From assembly GCF_032191835.1 (NCBI RefSeq), contig NC_083224.1:34162001-34226000 (forward strand): a DNA stretch of 64,000 nt. The letters are read 5' to 3'. Every line of letters starts with the position of its first letter. Positions within the stretch are counted from its first letter, which is position 1. The position numbers and the translations under genes were made by a program. Of this stretch, positions 47,601-57,778 are shown in pieces. The DNA comes from Heteronotia binoei (Eukaryota). The notes beneath the pieces are model-generated. The model saw only the letters and a list, made by a program, of their open reading frames with translations. It did not search any database and was not told where the DNA came from.

Positions 47601-49051
47601 CTGAAATACCTGCTTCTCATCTCTGGGTCTTGAAAGAAGCTTAAATTTCTTACCCTTTCTCTCTCTCTCTGCCCCTGTGATCACAAGTACATAGGAGGGC
47701 AGAGGCCCAGAGTATATTTTAAAACTTGATTTTGACCTACCTTTCAGCATATACAGTAGATTTTTTTCCTCCCATTCAGGGGCGTAGCTAGGGCTTTGGG
47801 GGCCCGGGGCCCAAGATTTATGTGGGCCCCCCTACGTGTGTGCACACCACCGGAAACAGGAAGTGACGTCACTTCCGGCGACGTCACTTCCGGTGACATC
47901 ATGCCACCGCCGTCACTTCCTGTGACATCATTTCCCCCGTGCAACCTGCCGGAAACAGGAAGTGACATCACTTCCTGTGACATCATTTCCCCCCGCGCCA
48001 CCTGCCGGAAGATTTCCTTTTGGCTTAAATTAAATTTTAGCCCTTCTGGATTAATTTCAGTAATTCTTTCAAAAAAATTCCAATCGTGCTGGGTGAGAGC
48101 TGGTGAAACTACATTTATATGCCCCCCGCCCTATGCCATCTTGGATTCATTAGATGTAATTAGGGTAAGTCAGGGCTATAACTCTTCAAGTAGACAGAGT
48201 GCAGGCACAGTGTTATCCAGTGGTAGGGAATCATGGTAAAAGCTTGGCTCTGGCAGACCATTTCTGTGCTTTAGAATTCCCAAAGGACTGTCATCTTCAC
48301 TTGCTTTAAAGTGTTACTATCAGTTCCTCTGGAAGGGAGATATACATTTATTCCTTACTGTCAAAATGTTTGCCCTTGCCAACTGCACATGGCTGAATCA
48401 GTGTGCCACTGTATTGTCCTTTTTATAGGGACATTTGGTCTCTATAAATAACTCTACTTTTTTTCCAGGCAGACCTGATTAATTTTATATTTTCCCTCCT
48501 CTCAGACCATTCTAACGAAACCACCTCTAAGGTGGACACATTTTTAGGAAACAGCTGGTTAGGACTTTTTACTAATTTTCTGAAATTTTACTGCATATAG
48601 ATGTACTGATGACTCTTTCTGTGTGCCAATCATGGTTGATCTATGATCACAACAAAGGTGGATTGATTGACTGAAATTAATAGTGCTGTCCAAATATGAA
48701 ATAGCCAGGGGTTCACAAAATTGGCTTGGCTTATTAACCAGTCTGAATCTGTGCTCAACACCTTTAGTCCTTTGATCTGTGCTTGTGCTGGGAGTCTCCT
48801 TGGTGCATCTTAGAGCCAGTCTGGCGTAGTAGTTAAGTGCGCGGACTCTTATCTGGGAGAGCAAGGTTTGATTTCCCACTCCTCCACTAGCAGCTGCTGG
48901 AATGGTATTGGGTCAGCAGAGGTTGTCCTTGAAAGGGCAGCTGCTGTAAGCACTCTCTCAGCCCCACCTACCTACCAGGGTGTCTGTTGGGGTGGGGGAA
49001 GTAAAGAAGATTGTGACCACTCTGAGATTCAGAATATTAAAAAAAACATTC

Positions 49052-49328
49052 TGTGCAAGCACTGGTCATTTCTGACTCTGGGGTGACATTGCTTTCACTT
49101 TTTCATGGCAGACTTTTTATGGGGTGGTTTGTCATTGCCTTCCCAAGTCATCTACACTTTCCCCCCAGAAAGCTGAGTACTCATTTTACCGACCTCAGAA
49201 GGATGGAAAGCTGAGTCAACCTCGAACTGGCTACCTGAACCCAGCTTCCGCCGGGATCGAACTCAGGTCATCAGCAGAGCTTAGGACTGCAGTACTGCAG
49301 CTTTACCACTCTGCGCCACAGGGCTCTT
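49052..49328 (-). mobile_element. Sauria SINE nested in the composite hAT
   Basis: Same core as 758-1054. Confidence 0.75.
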
Positions 49329-50257
49329 TAAATAGGGTGGGATATAAATCCAATTTCTTCTTGTTCTTCGTAGCAGCATAAATGAGCTAAAACCTCACCT
49401 TTTGCCAGAGGTTTTGGAAGGAGGTGGGCTCTTTTTTGTTCTCCCACTGATTCATTTTCAAAAACGCAGTACAAATGTAGTAAGACCCTGACTCTCCCTT
49501 GAGCCTTCTAGTATATGAATAAGGTTGACTGGAGAAGTCCAGATGGCTCTTTTGCTCTAGAACAGGGGTGTCAAACATCCGTCCCGCGGGGGGCCTCTCT
49601 CCTCTCCATCAAACAGTTCTGCAAAGGCAGGAACTCACTCGACCATTGTGGCCAGCCTCCACGTCATTCTGTGGGCTCTTTAAATTCTGCGCTTGTTAGA
49701 GTAGAGGAGCCATCTGGCCTCTTCCCCTCCCCTCCAAGCAGCTTTGCAAAGGCAGGAGTTCCGTTGACTGAGCCCGCTAGCCCTGCGTTGTTCCGGTGCC
49801 TCTTCGATCTCACGCCTGTTCAAGCAGAGCAGCCTCCCTGGTCTCTTCCCCTTCCCACCAATCAATTTTGCAAAGGCAGGAAGGAGCTCAGTCCACGGAG
49901 TCCACGTCATCCTGGCGCTTCTTTGAATCGCCGAGGTAAAGCAGCTGCCTGGCCTCTTCCCCTCCCCACCAAGCAGTTTTGGAAAAGCTGGAACTCAGCC
50001 AGCTAGCCCTGCTTCGTTCTGATGCCTCTTTGAATTGTGTGCTTGCTGGGATAGAGCAGCCGTCCTGATCGCCTCCCATCCCCCCAAAGCAGATTTGCAA
50101 AGAGGAGGGAGGGAAGGAAGGAGGGAGGAAGGAAGGGAGGAGGGAAGAAAGGAAGGAGGGAAGGAAGGAAGGAAGGCCGCCCCCTCCCGCCAGCGCCCCC
50201 CCTCCCGCCAGCGCCCCCCCCCCCCCGCTTTCGGCCCCCTCCCTCCCTCCCAGCGAC

Positions 50258-50442
50258 CTCCGCCGCTTCCCGGCCTCCACCGCCGGGCCCCGCGCGCGGG
50301 CAGGGAAGGCGGCGCCGGCGAGTGCAGCCGGCTTCTGAGGGGCCCCTTGGCCTCTCCGCCGCTTCCCGGCCGCCGCCGCCGGGCCCCGCGCGCGGGCGGG
50401 GAAGGCGGCGCCGGCGAGTGCAGCCGGCTTCTGAGGGGCCCC
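50258..50442 (+). repeat. Two 89-bp GC-rich direct repeats (50258-50346, 50354-50442)
   Basis: 3 mismatches between copies, CpG-dense. Confidence 0.9.
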
Positions 50443-53141
50443 CAAGGGGCCCCCCAGACCTGGGGCGATCCGCCCCCCGCCCCCCCCTCCCTACGCCACT
50501 GCTCCCATTAAAGAGTCTATTACATTTCCTTGTTTTTGAGTTATATCTAAGAAGTAGCCAGAAATACTACTAAAAAGAATCTTGTAAAATCTGAAGGGTT
50601 GTATACAAGTGTGAAGCCCAAAATCTTGAAAATTCTTCCAGTTTCCAGGTCTGGAGGCCATTTCACACCTTTGGCTTTTTAGGGATGCCTCCCCTGGAAG
50701 TACAGCTCATCTCCCGACTACAAAGATCAGTTCCCCTAGATAAAATGGATGCTTTGGGAGGTGGACCTCTTGGCATTGTACCCCACTGAGGTCTCTGCCC
50801 CCTCATGCTCTGCCCCAAGTCACCAGGAGTTTCCCAACCTGGCTGTGATAATACCCCCCGCATCCCCCACTGGTGGCCAAAAGGGGACCTGGGAACCCAT
50901 TTCAAGTTCTATTCATTAGGGACTTTGATAGTAACAAACAATCCCTTCCTTTTTAGCCTAATCCATATGAAATTTTCCTCCAACTATCTAAATTAACTGG
51001 ACCAGTTTTGCCAGTTTTTTTGGTGGTACAGCGATATCTGTGGCAGGCATTCTACTTTCAGTTTCCATTTCCTTACACAGTACTTTTTTTTCCCTTGGAG
51101 GGAAAAGGGAAAGGGGTAAGGGAAGGGTGAAACAGGGTGAGAAAACACAGCAGATATATGCTTGACTTGGCATGCTGGCCAAACAGAACATTCAACTTGT
51201 GTTGTGCCAAATAATATCATCCTTGGTTGTTTTCTTTCTGCAGTGTTTTCCTCAGTCAGTGGTGGCTCAGGGCCAAACAAGATGTGAAAGGACCTTCATG
51301 GCTGCCACAAGGATGCTGCTGCCATTTTAAAGAGCTTTTTAAAAATGCTGTGAGGGTCTGATCCTGACTGAGCCTGCAGAGCGACAGGCTAAGGAGTGCT
51401 TGTTTCCCACTCTTGTGCCTCATCAAATGTGGCATAGTGGTTAAGTGACAGGCTCTAATCTGGAGAACCAGGTTTTCTTCCCCTGTCCTCCACATGAAGC
51501 CTGATGGGTGACCCTGGGCCAATCACAGTTCTCTCTGAACTCTCTCAGCCCCTCCTACCTCACAAGGTGCCTGTTGTGAGGAAAGGAAGGCAAGGCAATT
51601 GTATGCCACTTTGAGACACCTTAAGGTAGAGAAAAGCAGTGTATAAAAACCAGGTCCTCTTCTCTTCTTCCACTAAAACACTTCTCACAACTGTTTTGGA
51701 ACTTTAAAAGGCATGGAAGACAACAGGCATTGGGAAAAACAGCTTTATGCCTCACAGCATTTTAAAATCCCTTTAAAATGGTGATGGCATCGTCTTGGTG
51801 GCCATGATGATATGATGTTTAGTTTGGCCCTTGCTTTCTCGGAAAAGGCTCTCATTCTATATTTACTCAGGGGTGAGGATGGTCTAAGGCAGAGTTTCCC
51901 AAACTTTTCTTTCCCGTGGCCTGGTTATTTTTACACTTCTCCTTCGTGGACAACTAAAATTTGGGGGTGGAGCCGGGAGACAGGAATTATGTCATTTTCT
52001 GTAGTGTCAAGGACCAAGTGATGTTACTTCCGGGTCACACTGAACCAAAACTCCACCTTTTCCTGTGATGTCACTTCCAGGGCACTCCCCCAAACCTGCC
52101 TCTTTTTCGTAAGTAAATTCATTTTCAGAAAAATCTCTCTGAAACTCATGCTGAGCCAAAATGGGGGTGGAAAGTGGGCAGGCCTCTCTTTTCACCCCCA
52201 CACCTGCATGCAGCTATCTGTTTGTGTATTCTTTTCCAGCTTGCAAGCACTCCTAATGCCCATGTTCAATTGCCTGCACTACCTACACATCCCTTCCTCA
52301 ACAGCACTGGCCAGTGTATGCAATTGAGAGTGTTGTTGCCATTGCCATCAGGAATGCTAGCACTGTTACCACCCACACTGGGCCCTGGCAGCTGCTCTAC
52401 CTCAAAATATGCTGACACATTTAGTAGGCCCTTCCTTCAGCTGCTACTCCTGGAACCCTGCCTCAAGCTACAACCAAGCCTGCTTGGTTTCAAGAAAATC
52501 TTTCGACAGCTATTTTTCATACTTTTCTTTGGTTGAAACATGGGGAAATTACTGTGAAAGATAGCAGAGAATTGTATTGCAATTAATGAATTAATTTCAA
52601 GTTATATGAAGTTCATACAAGCTTTTCTGCAGTTATCCCAAAAAGGATATTTATTAAGGGCTTGCAGCTTTTTATTGGCTGTGTTTTCCATGCCTTTAAA
52701 AGCAACCTGTTGTACAGATAGCCAGTGAACTACTTTCATCCTTTTTAATATCTACAGGAGGAGTTTAATTTTGGTGTCAGACAGCTGTTAAAAGCAGGAC
52801 CAGTAAAATGGTGGCAAGTTCATAGTACCATCTCTTCCAGTGTTGTTGAGATATACCTCAGTAATCTCCAATAATCTCTTTCTGCCCCACACCTCTTACT
52901 CTCACTCACTCACACAGAAATCTCATAGAAGGCCAGCTGGTTACAACTGAGGGTGCCAACTTTTCATTGGCAGAGGACCCACGTTGGATCAGGTCAGTGG
53001 GCTATCCAGTCCAAAATCCTCTCATACAATGCCCAGAAAGCACCAGAATGTCCACCACCGGGGGCAGGGCACTAGAAGCCCTCCCACTGTTGCTTCCCCC
53101 CCTCCCAGCACCAAGAATACAGACAGAGCATCACTTGCAGG

Positions 53142-53143
53142 GA

Positions 53144-53230
<87 letters not shown>
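53142..53230 (+). repeat. (GAAA)n microsatellite
   Basis: About 22 perfect units. Confidence 0.97.
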
Positions 53231-53231
<1 letters not shown>

Positions 53232-53436
53232 GGAGGGGCAAAGGAAAAAAAAAGCCTTCCTCACCATCAGATGACTCCAGCCAGCAAAAATTATGCCCAG
53301 GTAGGGTTCCCAAGTCCATCCCCAGAAATATCTGGGGACTTTGGGGGTGGAGCCAGGAGACTTTGGGGGTGGAGCCAGGAGACACTGGGGTGGAGCTAGG
53401 GGGGAGGGGGGGAAATGACGAGCCCTGGCCCGCCTC

Positions 53437-53673
53437 CACGTCCCCGGCCCGCCTCCACCCCCCCCTCCGCTTCCACCCCAAAAGCGGAGCGGGCGAGGTG
53501 GCAGCGGCGTGGCGGCCTCTTCTCCACTCGCTGTGGCTGCTCCTCCAAGATGGTCTGAGCCCATCTCGGAGGAGCAGCCACGGCGAGCGGAGAAGAGGCC
53601 GCCGCTGCCGCCTCGCCCGCTCCGCTTCTGGGGTGGAAGCGGAGGGGGGGGGTGGAGGCGGGCCGGGGACGTG
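53437..53673. repeat. 237-bp GC-rich near-perfect inverted repeat
   Basis: Arms 53437-53553 and 53561-53673, 7-nt loop. Confidence 0.9.
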
Positions 53674-54368
53674 TCGAGCCGCGAGTCTGGGTCCTAGAAG
53701 GGCCTGGATTCGCGGCTTGCCATGCTCCTGGCCTGCCTCGCCCTCCCCTGCGCTGCTGCCACCTCTTGGCTGCTCCTCTGAGATGGGCTCAGCCTGGGCT
53801 CATCTCGGAGGAGCAGCTGCGGTGGGAGGAGAGGGGGCAGCAGCGGCGCAGCGGCCCCGGGATGCGGCGGCTGGCCATGCTCCCCGGCGCCGTTTCCACC
53901 CTCTCCCCCCGCTTCCGTTTTTTGGGGGAGCGGGGGAAGAGGGTGGAAATCCTGGGGTCCCCCGCCAGGGCGGGAGGGTTGGGAAGCCTATGCCCAGGGG
54001 TCATTTGGTAAAATAAAATAGCTACTGGAATGCCCACTCCCCGCCCCTCCTGGCTGAAAAAAACACACACACCCTTCTTTGCCGCCCAGGCCTCCCAGGG
54101 AAATCTCCCTAAAAGAACATACTGCAAGGCACATGAAAGCTCATACCTTGAAGAACACTTCATGGGTCTAAAGTGCCAGTGGACGCCAGCTTTTCTCTCA
54201 AACACTGGGTGTGGGGGAGAAGGAAGGAGAGGCAGCACAGCTCCTCTCTGCACAACACAGAGATGGGGCGGGGCTAGCTTTGGCTTTTCTTGTGACCCAG
54301 TAGTGAGGCTTCCGTGGCCCAGTACCAGTTTACGACCCTGCAAATGGGAAACACTGGTCTAAGGCATC

Positions 54369-54979
54369 TAGGATTGCCAATTGCCTGCTTTTGGCAGAAA
54401 GTCTCTCTGCATTTCAGTCCTCCCACCCATCCTTGCATCTGGTCTGGAGAGAGAAATGGCTGATGGTGGTGGAAATTACATTGTGTGACATATCAACATC
54501 ACTTCCGGGTGAACACCCAGACATGATGTCAGTATGTCAGGTGACACTTTAGAATTGAGGGGATTCCAGAAAGTCACCTGATGCGCTAAGGTCACGTTCA
54601 TGTTTTCATGCGGAAGTGACGTTGATGCTTCTAGCTGAGGTGGTGGATGAAAAATCATATGGCCTCCCTACTTCAGACAGCCATAGTTTTTGGCCCATAA
54701 GATTACTGACATCTGTGTTCTGGCCCAGCTATGAGGCAACATACAGGATTTTTTTTCCTGTCACCATCCTGGTATTTTAATTAATGTTATCTGCGGTTTT
54801 AACTTGTAATTCATTGGGGGAGGGGAGTTATTGTAAGTTTTATATGTTGTTACCTGCCTTGAGCCCACTTTTGGGGAGGACAGGTTATCAATTCAAAATA
54901 ACAAATGAATAAATAAATAATGTGCTGTGCTACATTATTTCTGACCCTTGCCTCACCTCCAGAGTTCCTGGCAACCCTA
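54369..54979. mobile_element. hAT element of the TAGGGTTGCC-TIR family (related ends near 46786-47418 and 56010)
   Basis: TIRs TAGGATTGCC / GGCAACCCTA; TSD AAGGCATC / AAGCCATC. Confidence 0.75.
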
Positions 54980-56621
54980 AAGCCATCCCACCTATCAGAA
55001 GTTGCTGTCATACTATCCAGCCTGCCAGTTAATTTCTGGCTCTCCATCACTGCCCTCTATGCCCTTGCCTTCAGAGGGGATGTGGGTGGCAATTAGAGAC
55101 AGGGCATTTTCTTCAGTGGCAGCTTGCCTCCAGAATGACCTTGATGCTCCTCCAGCGCTAGCTTTACTTTCTGTTAGGTGCACAGCCAAAACACATCTTT
55201 TACCCAGGCTTTCTCTTATTAGCTTTTAAATCACCCAGTTACTTATACATAACTAGCCCTTCCTGGCAACTAACCCCCCCCTCTACCTATATGTAAGGCT
55301 TGAGGAAGTCTGTTTCAATGTATCTGAAGAAGTGTGCCTGCACACCAGAGCTTACTTCCAGAATTTAACTTTGTTGGGCATAAAGGTGCCACTGGACTCA
55401 GACTTTCTTCTTCTAGCTTTTTAATGGCCTGCTTAGAATCATAGAATCACAGAGCTGTAAGAGGCCATACAGGCCATCTAGTCCAACCACCTGCTCAATG
55501 CAGGATGAGCCTAGAGCATCCCTGACAAGTGTTCATCCAACCACTGTTTAAAGGCTGCCAGTGAGGGGGAGCTCACTGTAAGGAAAAGCTTACATCCCCC
55601 GGCAGGGAACATTCACATGCACGATGCACGCGCTGGTGACAAAAAGATGTCACCCGGAAGTGACGTCATCAAAATGATGGCACCCATGCGGGGTCGCTCT
55701 AGGCATTTCCGGGGAAACTTTATGGTTTTCCCAGTTGCTCTAGCCATTTGGGATGTTTAAAATCTATGGTACCTATTGTACCATAGAGTTTTACCTCCCA
55801 AATGGCTAGAGTGTCCAGGAAAACCATAGAGTTTTTCCAGAAACGCCTAGAGCGGCCCCACATGGGTGCCACCATTTTGATGATGTCACTTCCAGGTGAT
55901 GTCATCGTGCCAGCTATGCAGGGGAGGTTCCCCCTGCTGGCCCAATGGGGGCTGGCAGGTTGAGAACCTCCTGGGTGGGAGATTCCCCACCCGGACCAGG
56001 GGCTTGGCAGCCCTACACAGGCAGCACAGAAATATCCTAAATAAATATATGTATAAGGGCAATCTCCATGCTGTCAGCTGATAACAGTATGCAGATCAGG
56101 ACATACAGGCCAATCCGAAGAATGTTGACTTGAAAGCAGGAGACTAACTAGAACTGACATTATTTATGTATACTTTTGAGTCACCTCTAGGATAGAGTAT
56201 GTCTGGGTCACCCTTCCAGATGAGCCCATTAGGGGAGGGCAGGATATAAATCTGATAAAATAAAATAAATAAATAATTTGTTCTCTGGGTCACCCTTCCA
56301 AAAAAGCAGTTTTCCCATACAATAAAAATGCTCCCCTGCCCCCTCCTTCGGGGCTTTGACCATCAGGACCCTAGTCCAAGCACATCCCAATGCCATTTTC
56401 TTTGGTTCCCCTATCCTCTCACTTGACTTACTCTCACACTCATTCATGCTTTGTGAAATTGCTTTGTGAGAAGGATGACAGAGAAAAATGGGTCTCGCCA
56501 GACATCCATGTCCAGTTAACTCCTAACTGAACACCTCAAACAGGCTGTCTGGAAAGGTGGCATGAAAACGTTCTTACGTCCTAAATAAATAAGTGGGAAA
56601 ACACATCTGGTTCAGACTGAG

Positions 56622-56636
56622 GTTTCATTGGGTTCA
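56622..56636 (+). promoter_or_regulatory. Candidate downstream DR3 VDRE GTTTCA-ttg-GGTTCA
   Basis: Motif match only; extra half-site GGTTCA at 56609. Confidence 0.35.
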
Positions 56637-56672
56637 ACAGGGTTTATGCCCCTAGTATAGGAGGGTTGTAGC

Positions 56673-56843
56673 CAGGGGTAGAATTCTAGCAGGAGCTCCT
56701 TTGCATATTAGGCCACACACCCCTGATGTAGCCAATCCTCCCAGAGCTTACAAGGCTCTTCTTTGTAAGCTCTTGGAGGATTGGCTGCATCAGGGGTGTA
56801 TGGCCTAATATTCAAAGGAGCTCCTGCTAGAATTCCACCCCCG
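56673..56843. mobile_element. Palindromic hAT MITE (same family as 27284)
   Basis: Perfect TSD GTTGTAGC. Confidence 0.85.
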
Positions 56844-57599
56844 GTTGTAGCCTTAACATTATACTGGGGAAATGGGAAGTTAGGTTTCATTTGAACCATG
56901 TGACCTGGTTACTGAAAGGGGCAAAGTTCTTCCTATCGGCTTCATAGAGGACCCAATAGGGTCAACCCTAAGCAGATTTACTGCTTGCTTTTGGTATCCC
57001 TGGCTTGTTCACGTTTCTCCTTTCTGTACACTCTGGGGTTTGCAGTCACACTTTAACTGCAAACACATTATTCATTGTTCTGTCCTCTGTAAACCCAGCT
57101 TGCTATTATCAGCAGAAGGCCGCAGAGCAGGCTTTTCAAAGTAATACGATTTTTTTTTTCTTTCTTTCCCTGATAAGCTGTTTCTAATCTTTTTACACTG
57201 TGGGAGCAAACAGCAGAGACAATTGAGATAGATATGATGAAAAGATAATTGTGCCCTTTCTTTCTCTTTTTCTCCCTCTTCTGAACCCTGGACAACTTCG
57301 CTGCCATGCAGTGATAAGAATCAGGGATGTCAAATGAGCTGTGACATGAACTGGAGGTAAGTGTGACAGACGAGGCTCATTAAATAATTAACCTCCACTG
57401 GTAACTCTGCAATGTACCTGATGACCCTGAAGCCACAACAGCAAGAGAATGGGTTTGAGAAGTGTGCAAGCTGACCTCCCTTCCAAACCCTACCGTGCTT
57501 AAAAAACAAGTGCATAATCAATTCAGAGATGCCATTTCAGATTTCAACCAAGGTGGAAAACAAAAGATTGTGAGAAAGAATCTTGTGACACCTCAAAAG

Positions 57600-57778
57600 C
57601 AGGGCTGGATCTAGGGGTGGGCAGAGGGGGGTGCTTGCCCCGGGCGCCGATGGAGGGGGGGCGCCAAATTGGGTATGGAGTCCATTGTATTCTATGGGAC
57701 CATAAGATAGAATGGCCCATAAGAGGGCATCATTTTTTAATTTTGCGCCCCCTCAAAAAACATGTAGATCTGGTCCTG
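57600..57778. mobile_element. hAT MITE (TIR CAGGGCTGGATCTA)
   Basis: TSD CTCAAAAG / CTCAAAAA. Confidence 0.75.

Larger units (their letters stand above)
47777..50501. mobile_element. Composite non-autonomous hAT element (TIR CAG[G/T]GGCGTAG), 2725 bp
   Basis: Perfect 8-bp TSD CTCCCATT at 47769-47776 and 50502-50509; contains SINEs, ETS-CRE arrays and GC-rich tandem repeats. Confidence 0.8.
51890..54356. mobile_element. Composite Charlie-like hAT element (TIR CAG[A/T]GTTTCCCA), 2467 bp
   Basis: Perfect 8-bp TSD GTCTAAGG at 51882-51889 and 54357-54364. Confidence 0.8.

Noticed and set aside
49888-50511. 185-aa and 158-aa minus-strand ORFs with repeated peptide
   Set aside because: Products of the 89-bp GC-rich tandem repeat and (GGAA)n; no coding signature
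52032-52046. ERE-like GGGTCA-cac-TGAACC
   Set aside because: Isolated motif inside transposon internal repeats; expected by chance in 64 kb
52967-54016. 349-aa ORF
   Set aside because: Open only because of the (GAAA)n microsatellite and a GC-rich palindrome inside a hAT element; low-complexity translation with no domain
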